Source: a virus. Taken from it: a stretch of DNA of 64,000 nucleotides. The DNA lies in IMG/VR virus record IMGVR_UViG_3300025133_006890, positions 1 to 64,000 of that record. The stretch is one strand, 5' to 3'. Below, one piece after another: positions 15,982 to 25,790 of this stretch. The first letter of the stretch is position 1. Each line of letters begins with the position of its first letter. Made by a program: the position numbers and the translations under genes. The notes under the pieces are model-generated. The model worked only from the letters and a program-made list of their open reading frames with translations, did no database searches and was not told the origin of the DNA.

Positions 15982-18064
15982 GAAAGTATTACTAAAAGCC
16001 CCAATCCTAACAGCATCCGGCTATGGTGTACACGCCAGAACAGTTTATCGAGCGTTGGCCAGCAGGCCAGATTTGTTTGATATCTATATTGAACCATTGC
16101 GTTGGGGGCACACATCTTGGATGTGGGAGGACTCTGAAGAGCGAAGGGACATCGACAAGCTTATTGCAAAGAACCACATGTACGCGCAACAGAGGGGCCA
16201 GTATGACGTTGCTTTCCACGTTACAATCCCTGCTGAATTCCAGAGACTCGCTCCTTTGACAATTGGTGTCACGGCTGGTATTGAGAGTAGTAAAGTATCC
16301 GCAGGATGGCTAGAAAAGATTAACGCTGGTGTGGATAAGGTTGTAACAGTTTCTGAGTTTGGTATGCGGGGAATCCAGAATACTGCTTATGGTATGAAAG
16401 ATCCTAAAACTGGCAAACAACACAATCTGACATTGAACAAGCCCATCAGTTATGTCAATTACCCTGTCTTAACCTACAAGAAGATCGATCTAGGCTTGAA
16501 GTTTAAGAGCGACTTTAACTTCTTGGCGGTATCACAGTGGGGCCCGCGCAAAAATGTGAACAATACCATTGAGTGGTTTATCGAAGAGTTCCACGATGAA
16601 GATGTTGGTTTGATCCTAAAGGCTTCAAAGGTCAACAATTCGGTATTGGATAAAGAGAAGGTGGAAGAAGAGCTTTCCAATCTGGTCAATAAGTACCCAA
16701 ACAAGAAGTGCAATGTACAGCTGATTCACGGTCACATGAGTAATGATGAAATTCATTCATTGTACCATCACAAACAAGTGAAGGCTTTTATTAACTTGTC
16801 TCACGGAGAGGGATATGGATTACCGATTTTCGAAGCAGCTTATTGTGGAGTCCCAATTATTACTCATGCTTGGGGTGGTCAAACTGACTTCCTGTTTTGT
16901 GATGTCAAAAAGAAAAATGGCTCGAATAAAAGGAAAGGCTTGTTCTCTAAGGTCGATTATAAGTTGGAACCGGTTCAAGAGAAGGCAGTCTGGCCAGGAG
17001 TAATCGAAAAAGACTCTGCATGGGCCTTCCCGAACAAGATAAGTTATAAGGATAAACTGCGAGAGGTTTATAAAGACCATGGCCGCCACCGCAAGGTTGC
17101 CAAACAACTACAGAAGCATGTTCTAGAAAACTTTACAGAAGAAAAAATCAACAACGATTATGTCTCTCTAGTTTTTGAGAATATTCCCGAAAAAAAAGAG
17201 CTTAAATATATCGTCGCTGCCGATGCATTCGCACAACAATTCCAAGGTGGAGCAGAGTTTACCTTAGAATCTCTAATTGGTCATTGTAAAGATGGATATG
17301 CTAAGGTCAACTGTGATCGAATCACTGAGGAAGACCTTGACAAATACAAAGATCTTACTTGGATTTTTGGAAACTTTACAAAGCTAAATCCTGAATTATT
17401 TGAAAAGTTTAAGGAAAAGGATGTTAAGTATAACATTGTTGAATTTGATTATAAGTATTGTAAATATCGGAACCCAGAACTTCATAAGACCATGGAAGGC
17501 AAAGATTGCAACTGCAACGAGGAAAGCCATGGCAAGGATATTAAGAAGTTCTACGAGGGTGCAGATTATGTCTTTTACATGTCTGAAAAACAGATGAGCC
17601 TGATCGAAGAGAAGCTGGCCTATGACCGAAAGAATGGTTTTGTCCTATCATCAATTTTCGATGGAGCATTCTTTGGTATCGTTGATGGACTTAACAAAAA
17701 ATATAAGGACAAAAAGACTGATCTCTGGCTAATTCCCGGTTCTCCCTTCTGGGTCAAGGGTGCAGACGCCGCCGAGAAGTGGTGCAAGGACAACAACAAG
17801 AAGTATGAGAAACTTGTTAACTTAAGCTACATGGAAACTCTTGAGAAGCTTGCCCAAGCAGAGGGCTTATGCTTCCTGCCGGCCGGCGAAGATACCTGTC
17901 CAAGGCTTGTTATTGAAGCCAAGTTGCTTGGTTGTGAGCTTGTGATGAATGACTTCGTGATGCACCAAAAAGAACCTTGGTTCGACACAGAAGATTCATC
18001 TGAAACCGTTAATTATTTGAAAAGTGCCCAATCTTTATTCTGGAAAAGAGTAGAGCGTGTGTAA
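15974..18064 (+). CDS. Two-domain glycosyltransferase (tandem GT-B domains)
   Basis: Domain 1: SGYGVHAR, WGPRKN, HGEGYGLPIFEA. Domain 2: QGGAEFT, VKGADAA, EDTCPRLVIEAKLLGC. Confidence 0.88.
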   Translation: MIKKVLLKAPILTASGYGVHARTVYRALASRPDLFDIYIEPLRWGHTSWMWEDSEERRDIDKLIAKNHMYAQQRGQYDVAFHVTIPAEFQRLAPLTIGVTAGIESSKVSAGWLEKINAGVDKVVTVSEFGMRGIQNTAYGMKDPKTGKQHNLTLNKPISYVNYPVLTYKKIDLGLKFKSDFNFLAVSQWGPRKNVNNTIEWFIEEFHDEDVGLILKASKVNNSVLDKEKVEEELSNLVNKYPNKKCNVQLIHGHMSNDEIHSLYHHKQVKAFINLSHGEGYGLPIFEAAYCGVPIITHAWGGQTDFLFCDVKKKNGSNKRKGLFSKVDYKLEPVQEKAVWPGVIEKDSAWAFPNKISYKDKLREVYKDHGRHRKVAKQLQKHVLENFTEEKINNDYVSLVFENIPEKKELKYIVAADAFAQQFQGGAEFTLESLIGHCKDGYAKVNCDRITEEDLDKYKDLTWIFGNFTKLNPELFEKFKEKDVKYNIVEFDYKYCKYRNPELHKTMEGKDCNCNEESHGKDIKKFYEGADYVFYMSEKQMSLIEEKLAYDRKNGFVLSSIFDGAFFGIVDGLNKKYKDKKTDLWLIPGSPFWVKGADAAEKWCKDNNKKYEKLVNLSYMETLEKLAQAEGLCFLPAGEDTCPRLVIEAKLLGCELVMNDFVMHQKEPWFDTEDSSETVNYLKSAQSLFWKRVERV

Positions 18065-18067
18065 CCA

Positions 18068-18787
18068 ATGAGTAACTTAATACAAACGTTGTGGGTCGGA
18101 AATGAACTTTCCGACATGGAAAGGTTATCTCTTACATCATTTGTTAAAAACGGACATGACGTTGTTTTATACTCTTATGAAGATATTTCAAATGTACCCG
18201 ATGGCGTGACAATTCTCGATGGCAACGATATTCTTCCAGAAGACATGATCTTCCAATACAAGGACCACAAAAGCTTCTCAGCTTTTTCGAACTATTTTCG
18301 TTATAAGATGTTGTATGAGAAGGGCGGCTGGTGGGTAGACACCGATGTTGTTTGTTTACGACCGTTTGATTTTCCAGAAATGAATGTGTTTTGCAGCGAA
18401 GACATACCACCATTCGGCACCGGCAACCATCACATTGGGTCGTGTGTAATTAAGTTTCCAATGGGCAGTATTCTAGCCAAAGAGATGTTCGAAACTTGTA
18501 TGCTCAAGGATCGAGAAAATCTCAAATGGGGACAGGTTGGGCCACAGTTAGTTCAAAACAATGTTATAAAATTTAAAATGGAGTTCTTCGTTAAGAAGCC
18601 AGAGGTGTTTTGTCCTATTCCTGGCTGTGATTGGTGGAAGTATACTACGCTGTCTCCGCTAGAATTCGGAGAAGAAGTTTATGCGGCCCATTTATGGAAT
18701 GAAATGTGGCGACGAGCCAAGGCAGACAAGAACGCTACATATCATGAAAATTCATTTTATGAGAAAATGAAGAAGAGGTACTTGTGA
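18068..18787 (+). CDS. DxD glycosyltransferase, GT32/Gb3-synthase-like
   Basis: FSNYFRYKMLYEKGGWWVDTDVVCLRP, WGQVGPQL, HLWNEMWR. Confidence 0.88.
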   Translation: MSNLIQTLWVGNELSDMERLSLTSFVKNGHDVVLYSYEDISNVPDGVTILDGNDILPEDMIFQYKDHKSFSAFSNYFRYKMLYEKGGWWVDTDVVCLRPFDFPEMNVFCSEDIPPFGTGNHHIGSCVIKFPMGSILAKEMFETCMLKDRENLKWGQVGPQLVQNNVIKFKMEFFVKKPEVFCPIPGCDWWKYTTLSPLEFGEEVYAAHLWNEMWRRAKADKNATYHENSFYEKMKKRYL

Positions 18788-19725
18788 GAATTTTATACTT
18801 AGTTGACAAATCACAATACAACACAAAAATGAGTCGAGTTAGATTTCATGGCATGTTGGCCATTGGGCGCCAAGATGGTGTTGATGTTCATTGGAGCGGG
18901 AATGGGTGGGAAGACTATAACTCTACCCTGTCAGTCCAAGATAACATCGATAAAATATATCCCGCTCCCGATTTAGTCGTCGCCTACAACCCAATGTCAT
19001 TGAGACATTTTAATGCTGTCAGAGCAAGAACGTGCGTTAGGTATAACGAGATGTTTGATATCACAAAAACTGTGAAGGAAATTGAACACACGTTACCAGA
19101 TGTTATTATCTGTCATCATGAGAATGACAAGAAGCAATTTGAAAAGATGATGCCAGATCACAACTTCAAATACGTTGGTCATTGCGCGGAGAAGGTAATT
19201 TACAAAGATTATGGCATCGAGAAGAAGGTAGATTTGTTGCTTGTGGGTGCAGTTGGGACTCGTTCAATACTGGGAAATCATTACCCACTTAGAATTAGAC
19301 TGGTAAAGGACATTCTTCCAAAGATTAATCCAGAATACCGTTGTGTAGTATTACAACACCCGGGCGGCGTTTTGTACGATGCTTCGTCGGAGAGAAATAG
19401 CTTTGAGTTTGCACAGGCAATCAACATGGCAAAGATTTGCCTGACTTGCTCTGGCATTCCGAAGTCTAAATTTGGTAAATATGTGGAGGTTCCGATGTGT
19501 GGAACTGCTCTTGCTGCCGACTTGCCCGATCAGGAAAACGTGGAGCTGAGCAAATTTATAATTGAGATTAACAACGACTGGCCGGATCAAAAAATCGTTG
19601 ATCAACTTGAGAAATATTTGGACAATCCCAAGTTGCTTGAGGCTGTTACTACGGCTGGTAAAGAATACGCACAAGATTATACACAAGAAAAATACGCAGA
19701 GAGGTTCTTGGAGGCCATCGCATGA
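18784..19725 (+). CDS. Glycosyltransferase-like protein (GT-B, CgeB/Glyco_trans_1_2-like)
   Basis: HYPLRIRL, INMAKICL, KYVEVPMCGT; GTGA overlap with upstream gene. Confidence 0.75.
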   Translation: MRILYLVDKSQYNTKMSRVRFHGMLAIGRQDGVDVHWSGNGWEDYNSTLSVQDNIDKIYPAPDLVVAYNPMSLRHFNAVRARTCVRYNEMFDITKTVKEIEHTLPDVIICHHENDKKQFEKMMPDHNFKYVGHCAEKVIYKDYGIEKKVDLLLVGAVGTRSILGNHYPLRIRLVKDILPKINPEYRCVVLQHPGGVLYDASSERNSFEFAQAINMAKICLTCSGIPKSKFGKYVEVPMCGTALAADLPDQENVELSKFIIEINNDWPDQKIVDQLEKYLDNPKLLEAVTTAGKEYAQDYTQEKYAERFLEAIA

Positions 19726-20624
19726 AAGTATATGTACATTATGCCAGAGAGAATTGGGTTTTAGACAGATATGCGAACGAATTTAATTCTCAAGAGTTAG
19801 ACTTCATTACTGTAGATCCGGTGAAGGCTGATGTAATTTGGGTATTGTCACCGTGGGCGTGGTCAAATATTCCTCTTAAAGTCCTAGAAAGAAAAAAAGT
19901 TGTAGTCACAATACATCACGTTGTGCCAGAGAAATTTGATTATAAGAATTTTGCCCTGCGTGACCATTATGTGGATTTGTATCATGTTCCCTGTCAAAAG
20001 ACGAAAGATTTTATTTCTAAGCACACTAACAAACCTATCGATGTCCTTGGATATTGGATTGATTTAGACTTTTGGCAGCCAGCAGACAAAGCTAATGCCC
20101 GAAAGGAAATTGGAATCCCATCCGACAGTTACATTATTGGTTCATTCCAGCGAGACACGGAAGGTCATGATTTGAAGAGCCCAAAGCTGGAAAAGGGGCC
20201 AGATTTATTTGTAGACTACGTGAAGAGAAATAAGAGGGAGAATATGTATGTTCTCCTTGGCGGCTGGCGAAGACAATATGTTAGGAGAGAACTGGAGAAA
20301 GCTAATATCAGTTACATATTGATGGAACAGGTTGCCCGATCAAAACTTAGAATGATGTATGCAGCTTGTGATTTATATATTGTGTCATCTAGGCATGAGG
20401 GCGGACCACAAGCCGCACTTGAAGCTCCAGCGATGAAAGTCCCGATTGTTTCAACCAATGTCGGGATTGTATCTGAAGTTTTGCCGGATAATTGTATAGT
20501 TGATATTACTAAAAGCGAATACATTCCAACAGAAGAAGATGTTTTAGAAGCATATGATAACGTACAAAAGTACAATTTAGTTGACCATGTTCAAAAATAT
20601 GGTATGATGTTCTGGAGGGTTTAA
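19722..20624 (+). CDS. Glycosyltransferase, GT4 family
   Basis: EKGPDLF, YAACDLYIVSSRHEGGPQAALEA, STNVGIVSE. Confidence 0.9.
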   Translation: MKVYVHYARENWVLDRYANEFNSQELDFITVDPVKADVIWVLSPWAWSNIPLKVLERKKVVVTIHHVVPEKFDYKNFALRDHYVDLYHVPCQKTKDFISKHTNKPIDVLGYWIDLDFWQPADKANARKEIGIPSDSYIIGSFQRDTEGHDLKSPKLEKGPDLFVDYVKRNKRENMYVLLGGWRRQYVRRELEKANISYILMEQVARSKLRMMYAACDLYIVSSRHEGGPQAALEAPAMKVPIVSTNVGIVSEVLPDNCIVDITKSEYIPTEEDVLEAYDNVQKYNLVDHVQKYGMMFWRV

Positions 20625-21596
20625 ATGAGAGCATTAATAACAGGTATTAACGGAATGGACGGCAGCCACCTTGCCGACTTCTTACTTAAGAAGGGATACG
20701 AAGTATATGGTTTGGAGAGGCGCTCGTCGTCCAAAAACCGAATCAATACCAGCCACTTAGAAGGCAAGATTGAGTTCCTGACTGGAGATTTGACAGATCA
20801 GAATTCTCTAGTACGCGCCTTAAAAACTTCAAATCCAACAGAAGTATATAACCTTGGAGCCCAATCGTTTGTTAAAGAGAGTTGGAATACACCGGAACAA
20901 ACGTCGGATGTTACTGGTCTTGGAGTTCTTAGAATCCTTGAAGCCATTAGAGAATATAATAAGGATATCAAATTCTACCAAGCCAGTTCCTCTGAAATGT
21001 TTGGCAGAATGACTGAAAACCCAGCATCTGAAACAACTCCATTTTACCCAAGAAGTCCATATGGAGTTTCGAAACTATATGGTCACTGGATTACGAAGAA
21101 CTACAGAGAGTCATACGGTATGTATGCTTGTTCTGGGATTCTTTTTAACCATGAATCCGAGCGACGGGGCATTGAGTTTGTTACAAGGAAGATCACGGAT
21201 GGTGTAGCAAAGATCCACTTTGGGTTAGCTGACTACATTACGCTTGGGAATCTTGAATCGTATCGAGATTGGGGATACGCACCAGACTATGTTGAGGCAA
21301 TGTGGCTAATGCTCCAACAAGATAAAGCTGATGATTTTGTCATTGCCACAGGAGAAACACATTCAATTCGTGAATTCCTGCAAGAAGCATTTGCTTATGT
21401 AGGCATCGCCAATTGGAAGAAACATATCAAACAAGATCCTAGATTTATGCGTCCCGCTGAAGTAGATGTCTTGTGCGGTAACGCAAACAAAGCGAAGGTG
21501 TTGTTGGAGTGGGAACCAAAAGTTCCGTTTGATGGTTTGGTCAGTCGTATGATGACTAGTGATATAGGGATAGTAGGGAAACTTAATGGATTTTAA
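20625..21596 (+). CDS. gmd: GDP-mannose 4,6-dehydratase
   Basis: ALITGINGMDGSHLA, YNLGAQSFV, FYQASSSEMFG, PRSPYGVSKLY, GILFNHESERRG, RDWGYAPDYV, RPAEVDVL. Confidence 0.96.
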   Translation: MRALITGINGMDGSHLADFLLKKGYEVYGLERRSSSKNRINTSHLEGKIEFLTGDLTDQNSLVRALKTSNPTEVYNLGAQSFVKESWNTPEQTSDVTGLGVLRILEAIREYNKDIKFYQASSSEMFGRMTENPASETTPFYPRSPYGVSKLYGHWITKNYRESYGMYACSGILFNHESERRGIEFVTRKITDGVAKIHFGLADYITLGNLESYRDWGYAPDYVEAMWLMLQQDKADDFVIATGETHSIREFLQEAFAYVGIANWKKHIKQDPRFMRPAEVDVLCGNANKAKVLLEWEPKVPFDGLVSRMMTSDIGIVGKLNGF

Positions 21597-22344
21597 TTTA
21601 AAGAGAGATAAAAGAGTAACAGCAATTAAAACTGTCGGCATCAAAGAGAAACTTGAAGATCTTGGCGTTCAACTTGATCGCGATATCGTGCTTGGAGACT
21701 TTGACACCATTGGTGAGTATACTGCAAAAAGGTCGCGCAGCCGTGGAACTGATTTATATAAGTCAGTCGGGTGTTTTTATAGGCCAAATTATGAACGTGG
21801 TATCTTAATTTATAGTTTGATTAAGAAATACAATATTAAATCATTTTTGGAAATTGGTTTTGGTAGAGGCTATGCTACGTTCTGTGCCGCACACGCCATG
21901 ATGGAGGCTGACATCGATGGCCGCATCGTCACTGTTGACCCTGCAATCGATGAAGAACAATTGAAAATGTTAGGCAGCGTGTTCCCAAAAGAGTGGTTTG
22001 ATAAGATTGAGTTTATCAAGAATCGGTCTGACGCTGTTCTTCCGAGGATAGAAGAATCGTTTGATATGGTTTATATCGACGGCGACCACTCATATGCTGG
22101 CACCAAGTCGGATTGGGAGGGCACCAAAGATAAGTTCAACAAGTGTTTACTGTTCGATGATTATCATATGCCGTCAAAAGATCACCACGACATCGATTGT
22201 GCTAAAGTAATTGATGAGATCGACGACCCTAGTAAGGAATTGATTATCATGGACCGCAGGATCTTCCTAGACGACAGGGATTATCCAGACGAGAAGGTTG
22301 ATTATGGACAAGTTCTGTTAACAAAATATGAAAATCTGCATTAA
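21586..22344 (+). CDS. Class I SAM-dependent methyltransferase (Methyltransf_24-like)
   Basis: FLEIGFGRGYAT, FDMVYIDGDHSY, LLFDDY. Confidence 0.88.
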   Translation: MDFNLKRDKRVTAIKTVGIKEKLEDLGVQLDRDIVLGDFDTIGEYTAKRSRSRGTDLYKSVGCFYRPNYERGILIYSLIKKYNIKSFLEIGFGRGYATFCAAHAMMEADIDGRIVTVDPAIDEEQLKMLGSVFPKEWFDKIEFIKNRSDAVLPRIEESFDMVYIDGDHSYAGTKSDWEGTKDKFNKCLLFDDYHMPSKDHHDIDCAKVIDEIDDPSKELIIMDRRIFLDDRDYPDEKVDYGQVLLTKYENLH

Positions 22345-23212
22345 TAGAAAACCAGTAGAAGGCCCCTGGGGCGGCGGCAATAAGTTTATTAAAGCTTATT
22401 GCAATGCCCTACGCAAAGCAGGCCATGAGGTATATCATAGTTTGGTTCCAAACCTAGATGTAATCCACCTTCAGGATCCACGACTAGACCAACTTGGCAT
22501 TTCAATGAATGATGTCTTTCATTATAAAAAATATTATCCAAATGTGAGAATAGTTCACAGAGTGAATGAGTGTGACGCCAGAAAAGGTACACAGGGCATG
22601 GACAAACAACTTCAACTGTGTAGCGCATTCACCGATATAACTGTGTTTGTTTCAGACTGGATTGCTGATTATTTTCAGAAAAGCTGGTCGTGCGACAAGC
22701 GGACGGTTATAAAGAACGGCGTTGATTTAGATGTATTCCGTCCAAATGAAAAATATCATAATGGCAAAGTTAACATTGTTGCCCATCATTGGTCAAACAA
22801 TTTTTTGAAAGGCTTTGATATTTATAATAAGCTTGATGATTGGATTTGGGAGAATAGAGGTGAGTACACATTTACATACATTGGTCGCGACCAAGGCACA
22901 TTCTGCAACACTAGAGTTATTAAACCAATTCACGGTACGGTACTTGGAGATGAATTGGGAAAATATGATGTATATGTGTCTGCAAGTAGATTCGATCCTG
23001 GCCCAAATCATATTTTAGAAGCTCTGGCTTGTAAATTACCAACATATTCATTTATCGACGGTGGTGGCGCTTGTGAGTTTACTGGAAAAGACCACATTTA
23101 TGATAGTTTTGACCAGTTGGCTGAGATTCTAAAAAAGAAGAAGTTTAACAAGAATAAATCCTCTTTAATATCTTGGGACGAGTGTGTTAAACAATATATG
23201 GACTTGATATGA
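22328..23212 (+). CDS. Glycosyltransferase, GT4-like
   Basis: GPWGGGNKF, VIKNGVDLDVF, KGFD, SRFDPGPNHILEALAC. Confidence 0.85.
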   Translation: MKICINRKPVEGPWGGGNKFIKAYCNALRKAGHEVYHSLVPNLDVIHLQDPRLDQLGISMNDVFHYKKYYPNVRIVHRVNECDARKGTQGMDKQLQLCSAFTDITVFVSDWIADYFQKSWSCDKRTVIKNGVDLDVFRPNEKYHNGKVNIVAHHWSNNFLKGFDIYNKLDDWIWENRGEYTFTYIGRDQGTFCNTRVIKPIHGTVLGDELGKYDVYVSASRFDPGPNHILEALACKLPTYSFIDGGGACEFTGKDHIYDSFDQLAEILKKKKFNKNKSSLISWDECVKQYMDLI

Positions 23213-24585
23213 TTGGATTGTTATGCTTTGATTTGGATGGGGTTCTGGTTGATGCTAGAGATATGCACTATGAGGCTTTGAATAGAGCCCTTGAATCGAT
23301 AGATAAGTCGTATGTTATTAGTATGGAAGAGCACCTGTCGACATACGATGGCCTACCAACAAGCAAGAAGTGCCAACTGTTAACACAATACAAGGGCTTA
23401 CCCGAAGATGAGTACGAGTATGTTTGGCGCCGCAAACAACATGAGACTAGAAACCTTATATTAGAGATGGGATACGATAACCGTATGCGCCTTGTTTTGG
23501 AAAGGCTCAAAGACTTGGGATATAAAATTTGTGTTGCATCTAACTCTATTAGGGAGTCGCTTAAAATGATGCTCCTAAAAAAGGGTTTGTTAGAATATGT
23601 TGATTTTTATGTTTCTAACCAAGATGTTAAGAATCCAAAGCCCAATCCTGAAATGTATTTTCAATGTATGATCAAGGCCGAAGTGAGCGCCAAAGAGACT
23701 TTGATTATTGAAGACTCTCATATCGGCCGCGCCGCAGCAATAAGCTCTGGTGCCCATTTGTGTGCGGTTGAAGACCCAGAAGCTGTGACATTTGATAGGA
23801 TTAAGTCAGCAATAGAAGAGGTGAACAAGGTGGCAAAAATTAAGCCAAAGTGGCAAGGAAAAGATATGAATGTTCTCATTCCAATGGCCGGCGCCGGAAC
23901 TAGGTTTGTTCAAGCTGGATACACATTTCCAAAGCCACTAATTGAAGTCGCCGGAAAGCCCATGATTCAATTGGTTGTTGAAAATCTCAATTTGGATGCT
24001 AAGCATATTTTCATCGTGCAGAAAAGTCATTATGAAAAGTATAATCTCAAATATCTTCTTAATTTGATTGCCCCAAACTGTGAGATTGTGCAAGTAGATG
24101 GAGTTACAGAAGGCGCCGCCTGTACGACATTGTTGGCAAAAGAATATATCGATAACGACAAGCAATTGGTCATTGCAAACTCTGACCAATTTGTAGAGTG
24201 GGACAGCAATGAGTTTATGTACTCAATGGTCGGCGACAACATTGACGGCGGCATCCTAACATTCAAGGCGACCCACCCAAAGTGGAGCTTTGCAAGACTT
24301 AATGAAGACGGCTATGTTGCCGAGGTCGCAGAGAAGAAACCCATCTCAGACACCGCTACGGTGGGCATTTATTTTTATGATAAGGGCTCTGATTATGTGA
24401 AGTATGCCGAGCAAATGATTGAAAAAAACGTTCGGACAAACAACGAGTTTTATGTTTGTCCTGTATTTAACGAAGCCATTGGCGACGGAAAGAAGATTAA
24501 AATCTTCAACATAGAGAAGATGTGGGGCATTGGTGATCCGGAAGGTTTGCGAAGGTTCGTAGAAAATTATAATGGAGATATATAA
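23209..24585 (+). CDS. HAD-family phosphatase fused to sugar-nucleotidyltransferase (NTP_transferase)
   Basis: FDLDGVLVD, KPNPE, IIEDSHIG (HAD); IPMAGAGTRFVQAGYTFPKPLI, ANSDQ, VAEKKPIS (NTP transferase). Confidence 0.92.
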   Translation: MIGLLCFDLDGVLVDARDMHYEALNRALESIDKSYVISMEEHLSTYDGLPTSKKCQLLTQYKGLPEDEYEYVWRRKQHETRNLILEMGYDNRMRLVLERLKDLGYKICVASNSIRESLKMMLLKKGLLEYVDFYVSNQDVKNPKPNPEMYFQCMIKAEVSAKETLIIEDSHIGRAAAISSGAHLCAVEDPEAVTFDRIKSAIEEVNKVAKIKPKWQGKDMNVLIPMAGAGTRFVQAGYTFPKPLIEVAGKPMIQLVVENLNLDAKHIFIVQKSHYEKYNLKYLLNLIAPNCEIVQVDGVTEGAACTTLLAKEYIDNDKQLVIANSDQFVEWDSNEFMYSMVGDNIDGGILTFKATHPKWSFARLNEDGYVAEVAEKKPISDTATVGIYFYDKGSDYVKYAEQMIEKNVRTNNEFYVCPVFNEAIGDGKKIKIFNIEKMWGIGDPEGLRRFVENYNGDI

Positions 24586-24953
24586 TGAAAGTAGTTAATA
24601 AGCCGTGGGGCAGAGAAATTTGGATTGAGCTGAACGATAAGTATTGTCTTAAGAAGCTTTATATCAACGCCGGTTATAGGACATCATATCAATTTCACAA
24701 AGAGAAACGTGAGACCGTTTATGTCCTAGATGGAGAAGCTGTTGTTTTTCTAGAAAACAACGCAGGCGAAATCAAACGCCATGAGTTGGCTACTGGAGAT
24801 TACTTTAGCGTCCCGCCGAAGATAAAGCATCGCATTGTCGCAACGACAAATCTAACTTTGATGGAAGCTTCAACGCCCGAAGTCGACGATGTGGTCCGAA
24901 TCGAGGATGATTCAAACAGGACTAATGGAAGAATCGCCAGCGAACATGAGTAA
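24585..24953 (+). CDS. Cupin, mannose-6-phosphate-isomerase-like
   Basis: KPWGRE, SYQFHKEKRETVYVLDG, KHRI, EASTPEVDDVVRIEDD. Confidence 0.85.
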   Translation: MKVVNKPWGREIWIELNDKYCLKKLYINAGYRTSYQFHKEKRETVYVLDGEAVVFLENNAGEIKRHELATGDYFSVPPKIKHRIVATTNLTLMEASTPEVDDVVRIEDDSNRTNGRIASEHE

Positions 24954-24959
24954 CGAGTT

Positions 24960-25790
24960 TTGGAATCTTTTTGTTTCAAAGGGAATTCAGGATGTAAGAT
25001 TGAAGTCTTACAAGGGAAGGCTTCTGTTGTAGTTCGGAAGCATTCTTCCGGAGCAGATTATAATTCAAGGCTAGCCGTACAAGCAACCAAACAGGCGCGA
25101 CTTTTATCCGCACTATCATCATCAGATTTTATAGCTCCAAAAGTATTGTCGATTGGAGAAGACTATTTTGACATGGATTTTTTCCATGGTAAGGATATGA
25201 TTTCTCACTTTAGTTCTTGTGGTAAAGATTCTATTGTTAATTTTTGTAAGATTATACTTGACTTTATTAATGTTGAAATTCAAAACTCTAGTTTAGAGTT
25301 ATTTCATAAGTGCGCGTTTTTAGACAAGTTTTATAAGCTCAAGCCCGCTCTAGAGTCTGTCGATGCAGCGCGTATCGAGAGCTATTTCAATAACTTACCA
25401 ACGATCATGATCCCACACGGCATGTGTCATGGAGATTTAACCTTATCAAACATGCTTGTCAACAAATTAGAAGATCAAATTTGTTTAATTGATTTTCTTG
25501 ACACTTTCTATGAAACTCCACTGCAAGATGTTGTAAAGTTAAGGCAGGATACAAAATACATGTGGTCTATGTTATTCTATAATCACGAGCACGACTCCAC
25601 CAGATACAAAATTGTCATGGCATATATCGATGAACAACTAGAGAAACATATCTCAGACCAAAAATGGTATCAAACATATTATCGACCCTTCCAAATGATG
25701 AACTTTTTAAGAATAGTGCCATATTCATCTGGAAAGAAGAGGGATTTTGTTATTAGACAAATAGGAACCATGGTGAACGAATGGACTTAA
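24960..25790 (+). CDS. Aminoglycoside/choline-kinase-like phosphotransferase
   Basis: VVRK, CHGDLTLSNML, CLIDFLD; TTG start. Confidence 0.82.
   Translation: MESFCFKGNSGCKIEVLQGKASVVVRKHSSGADYNSRLAVQATKQARLLSALSSSDFIAPKVLSIGEDYFDMDFFHGKDMISHFSSCGKDSIVNFCKIILDFINVEIQNSSLELFHKCAFLDKFYKLKPALESVDAARIESYFNNLPTIMIPHGMCHGDLTLSNMLVNKLEDQICLIDFLDTFYETPLQDVVKLRQDTKYMWSMLFYNHEHDSTRYKIVMAYIDEQLEKHISDQKWYQTYYRPFQMMNFLRIVPYSSGKKRDFVIRQIGTMVNEWT

Noticed and set aside
23866-24585. Separate gene starting at MNVLIPMAG with an AAGGA RBS
   Set aside because: In frame with the upstream HAD domain with no stop and no promoter motif noticed; treated as a fusion, although internal initiation cannot be excluded.
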